A DNA stretch of 62,790 bases, filler included, from Globobulimina sp. (GCA_003354225.1; 29 parts of 29 records of this genome joined end to end with filler, not necessarily neighbours in it), one strand, 5' to 3'; counted from the first letter of the whole stretch, positions 1 to 12,018 are shown. Notes: generated by a model from the letters alone, not told the origin. Numbers and translations: made by a program.

Positions 1-15
1 ATTTCCGAAAAGCAG

Positions 16-2071
16 ATGAAAATGTATCACGAAATGATGTATTTATTAATATTATGCGATGTAGATATTGGCAAGGAATCATTGGTAGAAGCCGAGGAAA
101 ACACAGCTACAAAATCCAGAATCTGTTCCGCCTTGGAATTGGCGTATAAATTATATATCCCTCACATATTTGTTGCGTTGACATTAAATAAACGTGGAAA
201 TGTTTTTGGTCGTGACGATGACTGTAAATTACATGATATATTGACCTCAGCATCGGACCACGAAAAGATCCAACATATTATCAATAAATTATGGCGTGGA
301 TCTATATTGGATGAGATAATCAAATGCGATGATCACACATTAAGTATTTTAAGTGCTGCGTTATATTTTTATCATTTAATACGAGGCAAACAGTCTTTAA
401 AACGCATTGAAAAAACGTCATCGCCAACATCACATATTGGCGCTGGTGATGCAATGGTAACTTATTATAAATTTTTGAATCACACAAAGAGATTTTCAAA
501 GAAATGGAATGAAAAATATTATGCAAATTTATTTTTATTAAATAGATTTTGGTCCAAACCATACATTGCAAAATTAAAATTAATTGAATTACATATTGAA
601 TATAAAACATGCCAGCAAACAAAAGGATTTCTGCAATTTGTATCTTATTTGCCTCAATTTTGCAATCTTTCTTGTTTGGATTTGATATCGCTTTCAAACT
701 CACACAACGTGGATCAGCACCATTGTTGTAAGTTATTTGCGGCATTAAACAAATTTTGCCAAAAGAATTACACGTTAAAACGCATTAAATTCGAAGGGTT
801 TGAAATCAGTAAAAAATCAAGTAAATTATTGGCTGAATGGCTCAAACAATGGAATGATAGCTTTGACGCAGTACACACGATACAGGCATTATCATTGGTA
901 AATGTCAAGTTTAATAACAGGGGCATTCAGTTACTATGTGGCGCAATGGAATACAATCAACAATTAATATTTCAAGATTTAGTATTGGATGGAAACGTAT
1001 TTGATATCCCCGGCGCTCATTTCATATGTTCAATGTTACAAAATAAACGGATATCAACTCATTTACAATTGTTACAGATGAAAAATCTAAAATATTTATT
1101 TTTCGATGACGGTGACTCTTTGTTAAAAGTGTATTTGTTGAGAAGTTGCATGAAACACAATTTTCGAGTTATATTAAGTGACCGTGACAGTGACACTGAG
1201 GATGTTATTCTGGCTGCAAACAATTATATAAATAAAAACACCATCGATTATATTAAATCATGCACAGACAACGAATCGACTGCAGTGGCAATTGCGCATA
1301 AACATGATTATGATTATGATACCAAGGAAGAAGACGAAGTACAAATTGAATCGTGTTTGCGATCATTAGCTCCCAACGAAAAAGTGTGGACATATCAAAT
1401 GGAAAAAATCGAGGATACCTGCAAGGCGACAACATGTGCCACTGAATTGCAATCAAATCCTCATTTTGAAGCCGATAAACATAGTAACACATCAAATTGG
1501 AAAATACCCAAACCCAATTTCTCTAAAAATGCAAAGAAATCCCGCAAGATTTGTTTTTTTAAGCCGCGAGAATCCAATGCTAAAAAATTTAAACACAAAC
1601 GAGAACACAGCCGTAGCCATAGCCATATGCATGAAATCCATTCCTTTGAAGAAACAGACGATTGTATTGTGTACAATTCACAGTATAAATATTTATTTAT
1701 ACAGTTAAAAACAATGAAAGATGTGAATATTGAAATAGATTTAAGTATGTTCGATGCATTAAATGTCAAATTTTGTTACATCAAATTGTATAATAATGAT
1801 TCTAGTTTGACACTGTCAAACTCGTCGCTATCAAAGGAAATTTATTTCAGAAATATGATCTGTATTCAAGGAGCCAAAGAGCTTCGTTTTACCACCCATA
1901 GCCGAACTCACCATCAAAAACGGACTCATGTGAGGTGTCCATACTCCATTCATACTTGCGCCGGATCGAAATCGCCCATGCCCGACGGAAAAAGGATCTA
2001 TTCCTCTATACAAATCGAGATTGGGGAAAAACATCTCCCAGACCTCGAAGTTGCCGATGTCAGGCTCCGGG
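16..2071 (+). CDS. LRR (RNI-like) repeat-containing protein, 3' truncated
   Basis: Long ORF with degenerate LRR units (NLSCLDLISL, TLKRIKFEGFEI, IQALSLVNVKFNNRGIQLLC, FQDLVLDGNVFDIPGAHFIC). It runs into the spacer. Confidence 0.5.
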
Positions 2072-2171
2072 NNNNNNNNNNNNNNNNNNNNNNNNNNNNN
2101 NNNNNNNNNNNNNNNTTAATTAATTAANNNNNNNNNNNNNNNNNNNNNNNNNNNNNNNNNNNNNNNNNNNN
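2072..2171. other. Artificial contig-joining spacer (first of 28)
   Basis: N44-TTAATTAATTAA-N44 gives stops in all six frames and recurs about every 2170 nt. Contig lengths fall from about 2071 to 2067, consistent with a size-sorted concatenation. Confidence 0.98.
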
Positions 2172-4242
2172 TTTTCCTTTTTTTCTTCATTGTCATTTTC
2201 AACCATATCACTTGATTGTTTTACTATGGGCTGCAATTCAAGGTTGGTCTGACCTGTTGATGTTGGTTTGATGTCTTTCGTTCTATATACCTTTGGTTTA
2301 TTACTGCAATCCCAAATGGCATCGCCTCTACATTGATGATGAAATATCACTTTCACAATCCCTATTATCAGCCATTTCAGATGCGGTTGTTATTTCGTGC
2401 TGAATGAAATGAGTTGTTTTCATATTTTTCAAATCATAAGTCATAAATGAATCGTTTCCAGAACCATGGCTGATAATATGTACTATAACACCATTATATG
2501 CTGTATTTTCCAATTTGGCGGTATGGATATCAATAAAATCTATAATATCTCGTCTGGTGGCGTCCAATGTCTTTCCTTTACATGCAAATACATCGTAATT
2601 ATATACTCCTTCCCAAAGATCTAACAACTTATTAATTATACTCTGTACTCCTGGTAAAAATAATGATCTATTCTTAAATTGCGAGATTCCAATCAATAAA
2701 ACTAATGTTTTATTCACAACAAATGCTTTGTTATACCGCTTTCTATAAAGATAGAACACAATGCAAATTAAGCAACATGGAATAAGTAATAACGTAATTA
2801 GCCACAATAAGTTCCAATTAATAATGTCTTGCGAATAATCGCGTGGACGTATTGTTATTTCGATATCATCAGCAACTAACAGTTTCAAGTGTAAAGTTTT
2901 CAAAAGCTCGGGCATTGGTAACTGTTGGTTTTATTCTGATTACATCCGACACATTTACGACAAGAGTATCATCAATACGCAATTCAGCATTATAAAATGC
3001 AACGGTAAGAGGTGCAGAATAATCACTGATTATGTTTTGAAATTGGTCCGTTATAAAAAATGATAATTCCAAATATGCGTCAACAACATATTGCCGATTG
3101 TATTCAAAATAAACATAATATGGAGTTGTATGGTTAATCCATGAGGACTCATTAAATGATAATAACATTAAATGACTTTGGTCGACGTCATTGTGAGATT
3201 TATTTGTACATCGCACATGCAATTGAGAGATATATCGTTGATCATTGCTGTAATAATTTTGCAAAACGTCATAACAAACAAGGTAACAATTTCCAGCATC
3301 GTACATGAATGAGATAAATGATTCGTTGATAATGGCGTCTAAAAACACAAACACTCCTTCATTCATTTGCATTATGGCATATTTATAATTTTGAGAATCA
3401 AATATTGCAGAAAATGTAATATTATCCAGCATAATATTGGCGCCATTTGACTCAATAATTGCAGAATGAGGATTAATTGCAGCCCAATAATCCATTGGAC
3501 TCGATGCTGAAAATAGTTCATAATTCGAAACGTAACTTGTTTTTCCAAGCGATGCATAAAAACACTTGTTTTGATCCTCAAATATATTTTCAAGATTGTC
3601 TCTAAAACATGAGGTTATCGACGCTGAGTTCCCTGCTTCAACCGTAATAATAGTGGACGCGGCAAACGTGTTCCCACTAAAACAAATTGTGCGAAAGCTG
3701 TCAATATAAAATAATGCCTTGTGGTTTTTAAAAATGCTGTGTTCGATGATGTTGTTGTATACAATATACATTTTAACGCCGCCAATAATATGTATAACAC
3801 CCTTCGCTTGATATGGTACTGATGATATATTATATACACTGCCTGTATCGTTTCTGTCAATGGTGTTGTTGATGAATATAACATTAGATTGGAAAAAAGA
3901 ACTCTCATATGTTGAAGGCCAGGCTGGTGCAAATGTGATGATGCCGGCATTATCATCTGTTCTGAAATAACAATTTTGAACCAATATATCTGACCCAGTT
4001 AGAAGCAGTGGTGGAGTACGGGCCACCCAATGATCCACAGGTAACAGTAATAGCATTTCAAACATATACGATGAAAGAGTATGACACTGGCCAACATTAA
4101 TAAATTCACAATTAATTAGCTGTAACATTGAAATTTTTTCCATTGTTTGTACTGCTAAATATCCATATTGCAGGCTTGAATTAATCACGTAATCATTGCC
4201 AGAAAAAAACCTGGCTATACCACCGATAGCAACATCCAAGTT
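2172..4242 (-). pseudogene. Single-pass receptor with cytoplasmic caspase-like (peptidase C14) domain, two frameshifts, both ends truncated
   Basis: ORFs 2869-4239 (Asn/Ile-rich ectodomain), 2328-2915 (TM helix LLWLITLLLIPCCLICIVFYLY, then LVLLIGISQF...VIVHIISHGSG) and 2120-2356 (VKVIFHHQCRG) join across frameshifts near 2880 and 2357. The His-Gly and QCRG motifs match the caspase catalytic dyad. Confidence 0.75.
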
Positions 4243-4344
4243 NNNNNNNNNNNNNNNNNNNNNNNNNNNNNNNNNNNNNNNNNNNNTTAATTAATTAANN
4301 NNNNNNNNNNNNNNNNNNNNNNNNNNNNNNNNNNNNNNNNNNTC

Positions 4345-5922
4345 ATCAAATCAACATTTTATTTACCACGTACACTCATAATAGGAGCCATTGTAACTAT
4401 CCGTAACGAATTAAAATCGTACAAACCGTCGATACAATTATGTGACAATGATTTATTAGCACTTTTGCCAGTATTTAGTGAATTGGATCATATCTATGAA
4501 TTGAATCTAAGTCACTGCAATATCTCATGCAACGGAGTATATTTATTATGCGAATTACTACGCAAAAATAAAAAGATTGAACTGATTGATTTACGAAATA
4601 ATAAAATATCTGATTTGGGAGCACAAGCTTTATCCGAAATGTTGCAAATCGAAGCAACAAAACTTAAAACATTAATATTACATTTTAATGAAATCACAGA
4701 ATGCGGCGCTTTTCATATTGCTCAGGGTCTAAAAATAAACACAGTCTTACAAGAATTAGACATTTCGCACAACAAATTAGGTTCTTATGGTGCTAAAATA
4801 ATAAGAGCTGCATTATTGGAAAGGTCCATGCATATGTTCAATACAAATAATTTAATGATTGAACATAAACAAACATTTAATCTCATAGATGATGATAAAA
4901 ATGCAGAAAATAGCAGTAACGCTGACAGCAACGCTTCATCTGACACTGACACTGATGATGAAAAATCCTGCTCAAAGATAGTATCATTGCAGTCACCGCA
5001 GTTGTTACGAAGGGAGAGATCTGCAAAGATTCGCAGTCCATACCGTCCGTCACCACAATTGTTGCAAAAATGGATATCGCCGCAACAGCTACAATATATG
5101 CAGTCGCAGTTAGGTATTTTTATCAAATTTGAGGGTAATTTTGTGAAAGAGGAAATATTTAATTCCATAACGCATGCATTGGGATTATTGTTGTCCATAA
5201 TTGCCAGTATTGTACTAATGAAAGTATCTCGTGATAATTATTCACTTTTGTGTCAAATTGCAAGTGGCATCTTTTGTTTTACATTGTTTTTTATGTATTT
5301 ATCATCGACGTTGTTTCATTCTTTTTTGCGTTGTACCTGCGCCCGAAATGTGTTTCGTGTCTTGGACTTTTCATCGATATTTTTATTGATTGCAGGGACA
5401 TATACACCGATATTATTGATTGGTTTTAATCATTCTCCATTTCATTCGTTAATATTATTTATTTGCATATGGTCTGTGGCTATTTTAGGTGTCGCGTATT
5501 CATCGTATGCTGATCCACATGATTCGAAATGGAAAAAATTAACATTTTTATATTTAGCAATGTCGTATGCTGCATTGATTTGTGCCAAACCATTTATTGA
5601 AACCTTTGATTATATGGCTTGGGTCTGGATCGCCGTCGGCGGCTTTTGGTATACTGCGGGTGTTTGGTTTATTGCCAATGACGAAACTGTGCCAATATTC
5701 CATACAATTTGGCATATTTGTGTCATACTTGGAAGTGCTTCACATTTTTTTTGTATTTTATGGTATATTGTACCTATGGACAATGTGCAAAGACCGATAC
5801 ATCAGCTCACATTACAACATATATTGGATAATTTATTTTTTGCTTTACCAATTTCAAAATTATTTACGTATTTTGATAGTGATATGATGACAATGGATCA
5901 TAATGTTGTGAATGAACTATAA
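4345..5922 (+). CDS. LRR repeats fused to hemolysin-III/PAQR 7-TM domain, 5' partial
   Basis: RNI-like LRRs (ELNLSHCNIS, LIDLRNNKISDLGA, LQELDISHNKLGSYGA) are followed in the same frame by PAQR motifs EEIFNSITH, SSTLFH, RVLDFSSIFLLIAGTYTP and FHTIWH. Confidence 0.85.
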   Translation: MKSTFYLPRTLIIGAIVTIRNELKSYKPSIQLCDNDLLALLPVFSELDHIYELNLSHCNISCNGVYLLCELLRKNKKIELIDLRNNKISDLGAQALSEMLQIEATKLKTLILHFNEITECGAFHIAQGLKINTVLQELDISHNKLGSYGAKIIRAALLERSMHMFNTNNLMIEHKQTFNLIDDDKNAENSSNADSNASSDTDTDDEKSCSKIVSLQSPQLLRRERSAKIRSPYRPSPQLLQKWISPQQLQYMQSQLGIFIKFEGNFVKEEIFNSITHALGLLLSIIASIVLMKVSRDNYSLLCQIASGIFCFTLFFMYLSSTLFHSFLRCTCARNVFRVLDFSSIFLLIAGTYTPILLIGFNHSPFHSLILFICIWSVAILGVAYSSYADPHDSKWKKLTFLYLAMSYAALICAKPFIETFDYMAWVWIAVGGFWYTAGVWFIANDETVPIFHTIWHICVILGSASHFFCILWYIVPMDNVQRPIHQLTLQHILDNLFFALPISKLFTYFDSDMMTMDHNVVNEL

Positions 5923-6203
5923 AAATATGACTGTCGATCAAGTGGTATTTGAGTTTTCTTTTAATATCTGTTCGAACTTTTAATTCTTGCACAAAATAGA
6001 TTAAATATTCAATTTATTATTTTTGTTTCATCCAATAAATCTTTATACTTTGGAATGTGTGCATCTTTACTTGCAGTACTAAAGTCCGCATAAAACTTTT
6101 GGTGAGTTTAAAAATGCAAAAACAATAAAAACTGACAGCAACGTTTCTACAGCTACTTAAAAATTGAAATGAATTGTTAGTTAAAAACTGGAATGTAGTT
6201 TTC

Positions 6204-6413
6204 ATGGGTAACAGAATTAGCGTACAACAAGAAGAGCATAGTAAATCAACGAAAGTGAAGTCAAAAGCATTTGCAAAAGAATTACGAAAGAAATTATATG
6301 AACGTAATATACTATTTATTGGAGAAGCACAATGTGGTAAAACGCATATTATTAAAACAATTGTAGACATTTATGCTACCAATATTTATTTGGCAAATAC
6401 CAATGCTTTGAAT
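6204..6413 (+). CDS. Divergent G-protein alpha-like P-loop protein, N-terminal fragment
   Basis: MGNRIS myristoylation-type start, a basic helix, then ILFIGEAQCGKTHIIK (P-loop) at G-alpha-like spacing. Cut by the spacer. Confidence 0.5.
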
Positions 6414-6513
6414 NNNNNNNNNNNNNNNNNNNNNNNNNNNNNNNNNNNNNNNNNNNNTTAATTAATTAANNNNNNNNNNNNNNNNNNNNNNNNNNNNNNN
6501 NNNNNNNNNNNNN

Positions 6514-7602
6514 AAATTTTGATATTGCAATGATTAAAACAAGTGCTTTATCTACTTTATAAAGTTGTCTTTTTTGACATTTATTTAAACAAAACAGATA
6601 CAGACAATACCCCACAAAACAAATTATAACACTAGAAAGTACACTAATTATCCATAGAGCAATAAATTCATTATCCACTGTTGGTGACGGTGTAGGACTT
6701 ATGGTTGGTGATAATGTCGGGCTAATACTGGGTGACGAGCTTGGGCTCATACTTGGAGATAAACTCATTGCAGTTGGTGATGAGCTTGGTGATAATGTTG
6801 GTGCTGAGCTTGGGGTTGGAGACAAAGTTACAATTGTTGGGGTTTGTGTAGGTAATGACGTTGTCATTGTCGGTTCAATAGTGGGCCACGTGGGGTCTGT
6901 TATTGGTTCAATTGTTGGGTCTGACGTGGGTGCAGTTGTTAGATATGCACAGACTGTAAAATGTAGGTCAATTGCATCGATAACGCCAGCTGCTCTCATT
7001 TCGAATCCTGATAAATATGAATTGTTTATATATACGTCGCCAGTATCGTTTAATGACATGTTTGCTATGTTTGATATGTTCGCTACGCATTGATATGATA
7101 AACCGTTTTTGGTATGGAAATATAAAGCATGTACAAACTGTCCGTATATAACACGAAACCCTGAGATATGATCTCCGTTCTGCAAAACAAATGGCGTGCA
7201 TAAATCAACAGGATCTGAGCCGAAAACTACATGTTTATATTGCATGTCCGATGCGAATTGTAAATTTGCCACAGCATCATAATCTATATTCAATGTAGGC
7301 AGTTCTTTGCTAATCCCCCAGGAAATTGAATGAATTCTTCCCTGTTGTTTTGTAGTTGTGATCAAAGTGCCTCCTTCTCCACCAAAGAAACCAGTATGCA
7401 GCCACCAACTTGGAGGCCAATTGTAATTATACACACATTCTCCTGTAAATGTATACGTACATTTAGAAAACTACACAACTGTCCGTGAGAAATAGACGTA
7501 CTTACTTGATAATTGAGGTGAAAGCCATAGATCTGTTGCGATTGCGATTGCGATAATGACTCCAAATACAAGTAATGTGCTTATTTTTGCGAACGAAGAC
7601 AT
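6514..7602 (-). CDS. Jacalin-like lectin + Pro/Thr/Ser stalk + TM receptor, cytoplasmic domain starting like a caspase p20; 3' truncated
   Basis: Signal peptide from ATG 7602; a 63-nt GTAAGT..ACAG intron (7505-7443) removes an in-frame stop. Jacalin-type GFFGGEGG and FEMRAAGVIDAIDLHF motifs, SPT/PT repeats, a TM helix, then KVDKALVLIIAISKF. Confidence 0.7.
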
Positions 7603-7867
7603 GAGAAGGCAAATTATGTAAGAAAAAGCGCACGAAAACAGTCGTTGATTATTAAAAAGTAAACAAAATTGCATGATAATAATTAATACATAATATGATG
7701 CTATAAAATCATTGATAACTACACAATAACTAATTGTCAAAAAAAATTGTTAAAAAGAGGGCAAAAAGGTAATATAAAACACGCATACATTGTCATGTTA
7801 AATTATATCAATTAATATCAACAAAATTACATATGATTAATTATAATATTTCCTCAAAAACGCGTTT

Positions 7868-8584
7868 TTAATCAACCTCAATTTCAGCATCAACCACTGG
7901 AGCCACAACATCCCCCTTTTCATTTTTTTTTGCATCATCATTCTCAATTTCTTGTTTTTTATCCGCAATTTCTTGTTTTTTATTTTTATCCGCATTTTCT
8001 TGCACGTTTTGCTCCTCATTTTCCAATGGTGGCATTTCATCCTCTTCTTCCTCCTCTTCCTCCTCTTCCTCATTCGTTTCCGCTTGTTTTAGATCGGTTT
8101 TATCATCATTCTGTTCCAAATCATCAATGGGTTTATCATCCGAGTCATCAGAGGACGACTCATTGCCGCCCGTATTCATTCCACCCATATTTAAATTGCC
8201 ATATTCATCATCATCATCTACGACACCTTTTTTTCCTTTTTTGGCGTCTTCTTCGTCCATAAACCGGTTCCAATCTACTTTACAATGATGCTGTTTATCC
8301 GTTTTTTATTCATTCATTCATTTGATTGAGTGCAAGGATAAGAAGCAAGAAATTATTTGTATTAACTTTGAATTTTTTTTTATCGGCTTTTGGTAATAAA
8401 TGAGGCCAATACGCATTGCTTGTGTCTTTCTCTATAACTAACTCTAAAACACGAGTAGCGCGATATTTTATTGTTTTTGGATTCACAGGGAATCGGAAAT
8501 TAAAATTTATTTCGTAAGCGCCATATGAAAAGGAAAAAGAATCTCTGGTGATGTCTAATTTAGTTTCGCTGACGTCGACATCCG
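7868..8584 (-). CDS. p23/Sba1-like Hsp90 co-chaperone (CS domain + acidic tail), 5' partial
   Basis: YWPHLL..K and CKVDWNRFMDEED motifs are joined by intron 8366-8291 (GTTAAT..CAG). Long acidic C-terminus. Confidence 0.8.
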
Positions 8585-8754
8585 NNNNNNNNNNNNNNNN
8601 NNNNNNNNNNNNNNNNNNNNNNNNNNNNTTAATTAATTAANNNNNNNNNNNNNNNNNNNNNNNNNNNNNNNNNNNNNNNNNNNNTGAAAAACCATAACAA
8701 TTGTACAACAAAAAAAACACATTTCATATAATTACTTGAATTAAATGTATTTAC

Positions 8755-10011
8755 TCATTCCCTTGCTGGCAAAAAACAATCCTCGTCCTCATCATTCATT
8801 AAACCATTCTCTTCATTCTCTTGTTTCCTAATATCATATTGTTCCAATGCATTTTTTGCATCAGTACTACCAAATGCTTTCATTGATATTGTTAATAATA
8901 TATATAAACAACACAACAACATTAAAATTACAAACATCCATTCTTTTGGAATAAATAATATTTTATTAGAATTATTATTAATGTTAATATCATTAAAAGG
9001 CACAATTATATTTGTTTCAACTTTTGTGGAGCCAATAACTGCAATATATGTAATCACCACTTCTTCCAACATCCTCCTTCTTTCTGCTTCTTGCAATCCA
9101 AACGTCAAAGATAATTGTGTATGGATATATAATTTATCTCGACTTATGTTTGGCACTTCAAATTTAAATCTGATTATCCTCATTTCTTCACCATTTTCAT
9201 CATTAATTATAGTCTCAGTGTGTAATATCTTGGCATTAAATAACGGCTCTGCATCGCCGTGGTTTTTTATAACCCAAAAAGGTCCATCTTGATCAATGAT
9301 ATCATGTTGAAAACAGCCTTGCTTTGAAAAACTAAAAAGATCATTATTTTGTGGAGGCGAGGTACATAACCAAACATTTTCAAGTTGGATATTGGATATA
9401 TCGCTAACTAGCGATGTAAATGGCGACGGATAATATAATTCAATTTGCACAAAACATGCCTCATGAATGTCATATAAATCTGAAGCATGCATTTCATTTT
9501 CAAACAATTCATCTCTATAAAATCGCATTTCTCGTTTTATTAAATTTATATTAAAGACCTGCGAATTACAAATTTCATCTTTATATGTCACATCAGTTTG
9601 CAATTCAATTTGATTTATTTCATTGCTACATTGATTATCTAATATATTATTACATAAAATATCAAAACTGATTTTAAATGTTCCTTCTAAATCTAATGGG
9701 CATCCATCCACATTATGCGAGGAAATAATAAATGATTGATAACATGAGGTTGATTCGACATTGTTACATTCATCAACTACATCATTGTTATCATTTTGTA
9801 TCTCAAAACTTAAATCATTTGGATTTATAAGAGGTATTTCAAGTAGCTGCGGATTACTTAATTTGAAATTATTTGGTGTTTCTGTTAATACTCTGATTGA
9901 TAAATCATTGTTATTTTTGTTCTGTTGCATCGATAAAATGGATATATAACATTGATTATCTGTTGCTATAACCAAATTAACTACCAAGGTGAATAGAATT
10001 GAAGTGTACAT
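8755..10011 (-). CDS. Type I membrane protein of unknown function
   Basis: Signal peptide, Cys-containing ectodomain, RRRML processing-like site and a C-terminal TM helix. Confidence 0.6.
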   Translation of the reverse strand: MYTSILFTLVVNLVIATDNQCYISILSMQQNKNNNDLSIRVLTETPNNFKLSNPQLLEIPLINPNDLSFEIQNDNNDVVDECNNVESTSCYQSFIISSHNVDGCPLDLEGTFKISFDILCNNILDNQCSNEINQIELQTDVTYKDEICNSQVFNINLIKREMRFYRDELFENEMHASDLYDIHEACFVQIELYYPSPFTSLVSDISNIQLENVWLCTSPPQNNDLFSFSKQGCFQHDIIDQDGPFWVIKNHGDAEPLFNAKILHTETIINDENGEEMRIIRFKFEVPNISRDKLYIHTQLSLTFGLQEAERRRMLEEVVITYIAVIGSTKVETNIIVPFNDININNNSNKILFIPKEWMFVILMLLCCLYILLTISMKAFGSTDAKNALEQYDIRKQENEENGLMNDEDEDCFLPARE

Positions 10012-10056
10012 TGAATTTTTAAGTTGCACACTTGACTACAAAAAAACTTTGAAAGC

Positions 10057-10569
10057 ATGAACCAGAACCACAGTAACTTTACTTTCGATACAATTACAAT
10101 TGACGGAGCACCACAACCAAGGATTTATAAAGGTTCATTTTGGGTGCTTATTGATTTAGCAATTGGTGTCACTGAATGTATTGCTTGTTTTATATGTTTA
10201 ATTTATGCAATTTATCTCATTAAAAAAATCAGAAAACCAGTCTCGAAATCTTTTCTCATTTCAACCCTTTTATGTTTAATATCATTTTTAATGACAGCTG
10301 TAATATTTTCAATCAATGGTTATTATTACAATACAATATGGTGGAAACATACGGCAATCACTTGGAACACCTGGTCTTTAGGTTGGTTATTTTGGTCCTT
10401 TGGTCAATGTTTATCTTATTTTTTATTTATAAATCGATTACAATTAATATTTAATCAAACCGTATACAAACTATCAGTGTACAGTAAAATATATTTATAT
10501 GTGATGATCTTCGCATACATTATATTTATTGAATGTAGCTACAGATTCTTCGTCTCGATCAGATATTGA
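10057..10569 (+). CDS. Multi-pass membrane protein (GPCR-like fragment, probably disrupted)
   Basis: Four hydrophobic helices and LFINRL at the end of TM3. Hydrophobic coding seems to continue in another frame. Confidence 0.45.
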   Translation: MNQNHSNFTFDTITIDGAPQPRIYKGSFWVLIDLAIGVTECIACFICLIYAIYLIKKIRKPVSKSFLISTLLCLISFLMTAVIFSINGYYYNTIWWKHTAITWNTWSLGWLFWSFGQCLSYFLFINRLQLIFNQTVYKLSVYSKIYLYVMIFAYIIFIECSYRFFVSIRY

Positions 10570-10956
10570 AGCCAAACAATTTTGGGATATTCAGTTATAT
10601 TTTAGTTTTATTATGTCCTCCATTGATACATTAATGACACTCTCAATGATTTATTACATTTTCATATGTTTTATAACAACAAGTTATTTTTTTTGTATAT
10701 GAAATCTCAAAATATAATTTTTTTGTTTGAGAAAAGTTATTTTTTTTGCCATCCNNNNNNNNNNNNNNNNNNNNNNNNNNNNNNNNNNNNNNNNNNNNTT
10801 AATTAATTAANNNNNNNNNNNNNNNNNNNNNNNNNNNNNNNNNNNNNNNNNNNNCAAACTTATTTTATTTACGGCGGTAAGTGGCTAGCTAAATATGAGT
10901 CACCACAAGGTCTTCAAGGAAATGGACTTTTTGGCACGAGTACTAACCAAGAAATA

Positions 10957-12018
10957 GTGAATAGCTCTAAAAACGTTAATTTAAATGTCAATGTATTAGA
11001 TAAAATTAATACTGCTCTCCATTCAATCAATACACAGTTTGAGAGTTATTTTGGTGGTTCAGATCTAGACAAAAATGTGGCAGTCACTGGAAAAGAAGAA
11101 ATTAAACAGTGGTTAAAAAATGAAGTGAAACACAGTGAATATTATAATAATTTTATAGAGAATCATTTTGAAAATCTGTCCACTGTTTGTCAAGTATCGA
11201 GAGACGTGTTAGAACTGATTGGCATTCATAAAATAGGACATCAATTAGAGAAATTAAAACATGCAAAATTATACAATGATAGCAATGGTCAGCAAAGTTA
11301 TCATTATAATGATCATATTCTGCGTGTAATGCAGCAAAAACATAAAGGAGAAATTGCGAAATATAAACTCTTTAATTATACATCGAAAACAAGAAAAAAC
11401 AAATTCAGAAAGAAATGGCAATCTGAAATCATTGAAATGTTTGAGATCAAAAAACATGATCGAATACCTCAATTAAATGGAGATAAAGGCGTTCGATGTA
11501 AGAAATGCTACAAAATATTTATTACAAAAAGATTTGGATAATATATGGATTCGATGCAAAGGTTAATGTTGAAATGACATTGAAAGATATACAATATTTC
11601 CAATCGGAAAATATAAATTGTAATAATTATAATGAGTCAGCACTGGAACCACCAACAAAGAGACGGAAATTGAATAATGTGAATATGGCAGAGATAAAAT
11701 ACAAACATTCATTCGAAATTGTAATGGATGGTTGGAGCAATGAGCCGCGATCGTTACTGTGTTATATCTTATATGAATGATTGTAGGCGGTATTTATACG
11801 TATCACAGCCAACAGATGAGGATGATAAGTATTATAATGTGGAATTGGTGAAATTCGAATATAAAGGATGGCCGCATGTATTTGGGGTGACAAGACGGGA
11901 TATTGCACCCAATGAAGAATTGACAACATTTTATGGTGATTTTATCGGAGTGCAAAATGAACAACGCAAATTACAAGAAAAAAACGAGGAATTGAGGTCA
12001 ATTTTAGCTTGCGTTTAA
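10957..12018 (+). pseudogene. SAM + SET domain protein, frameshifted
   Basis: SAM-like IKQWL..EYYNNFIENHFENL..LELIGIHKIGHQ. SET motifs GDKGV, ISYMND and RDIAPNEELTTFYG are split over three ORFs. Confidence 0.65.

Noticed and set aside
2072-2171. Regularly spaced TTAATTAATTAA motif flanked by N, resembling a repeat array
   Set aside because: It is an artificial six-frame-stop linker between contigs, not a biological repeat or CRISPR.
6701-7093. Antisense Val/Gly-rich ORFs (also 33958-34200)
   Set aside because: They are shadows of Pro/Thr-repeat coding on the opposite strand.
8327-8341. 15-nt match TGAGTGCAAGGATAA between the p23 intron and the PAC2-fusion intron
   Set aside because: The match is in opposite orientation relative to splicing, and a few 15-mer matches are expected by chance in a window this size.
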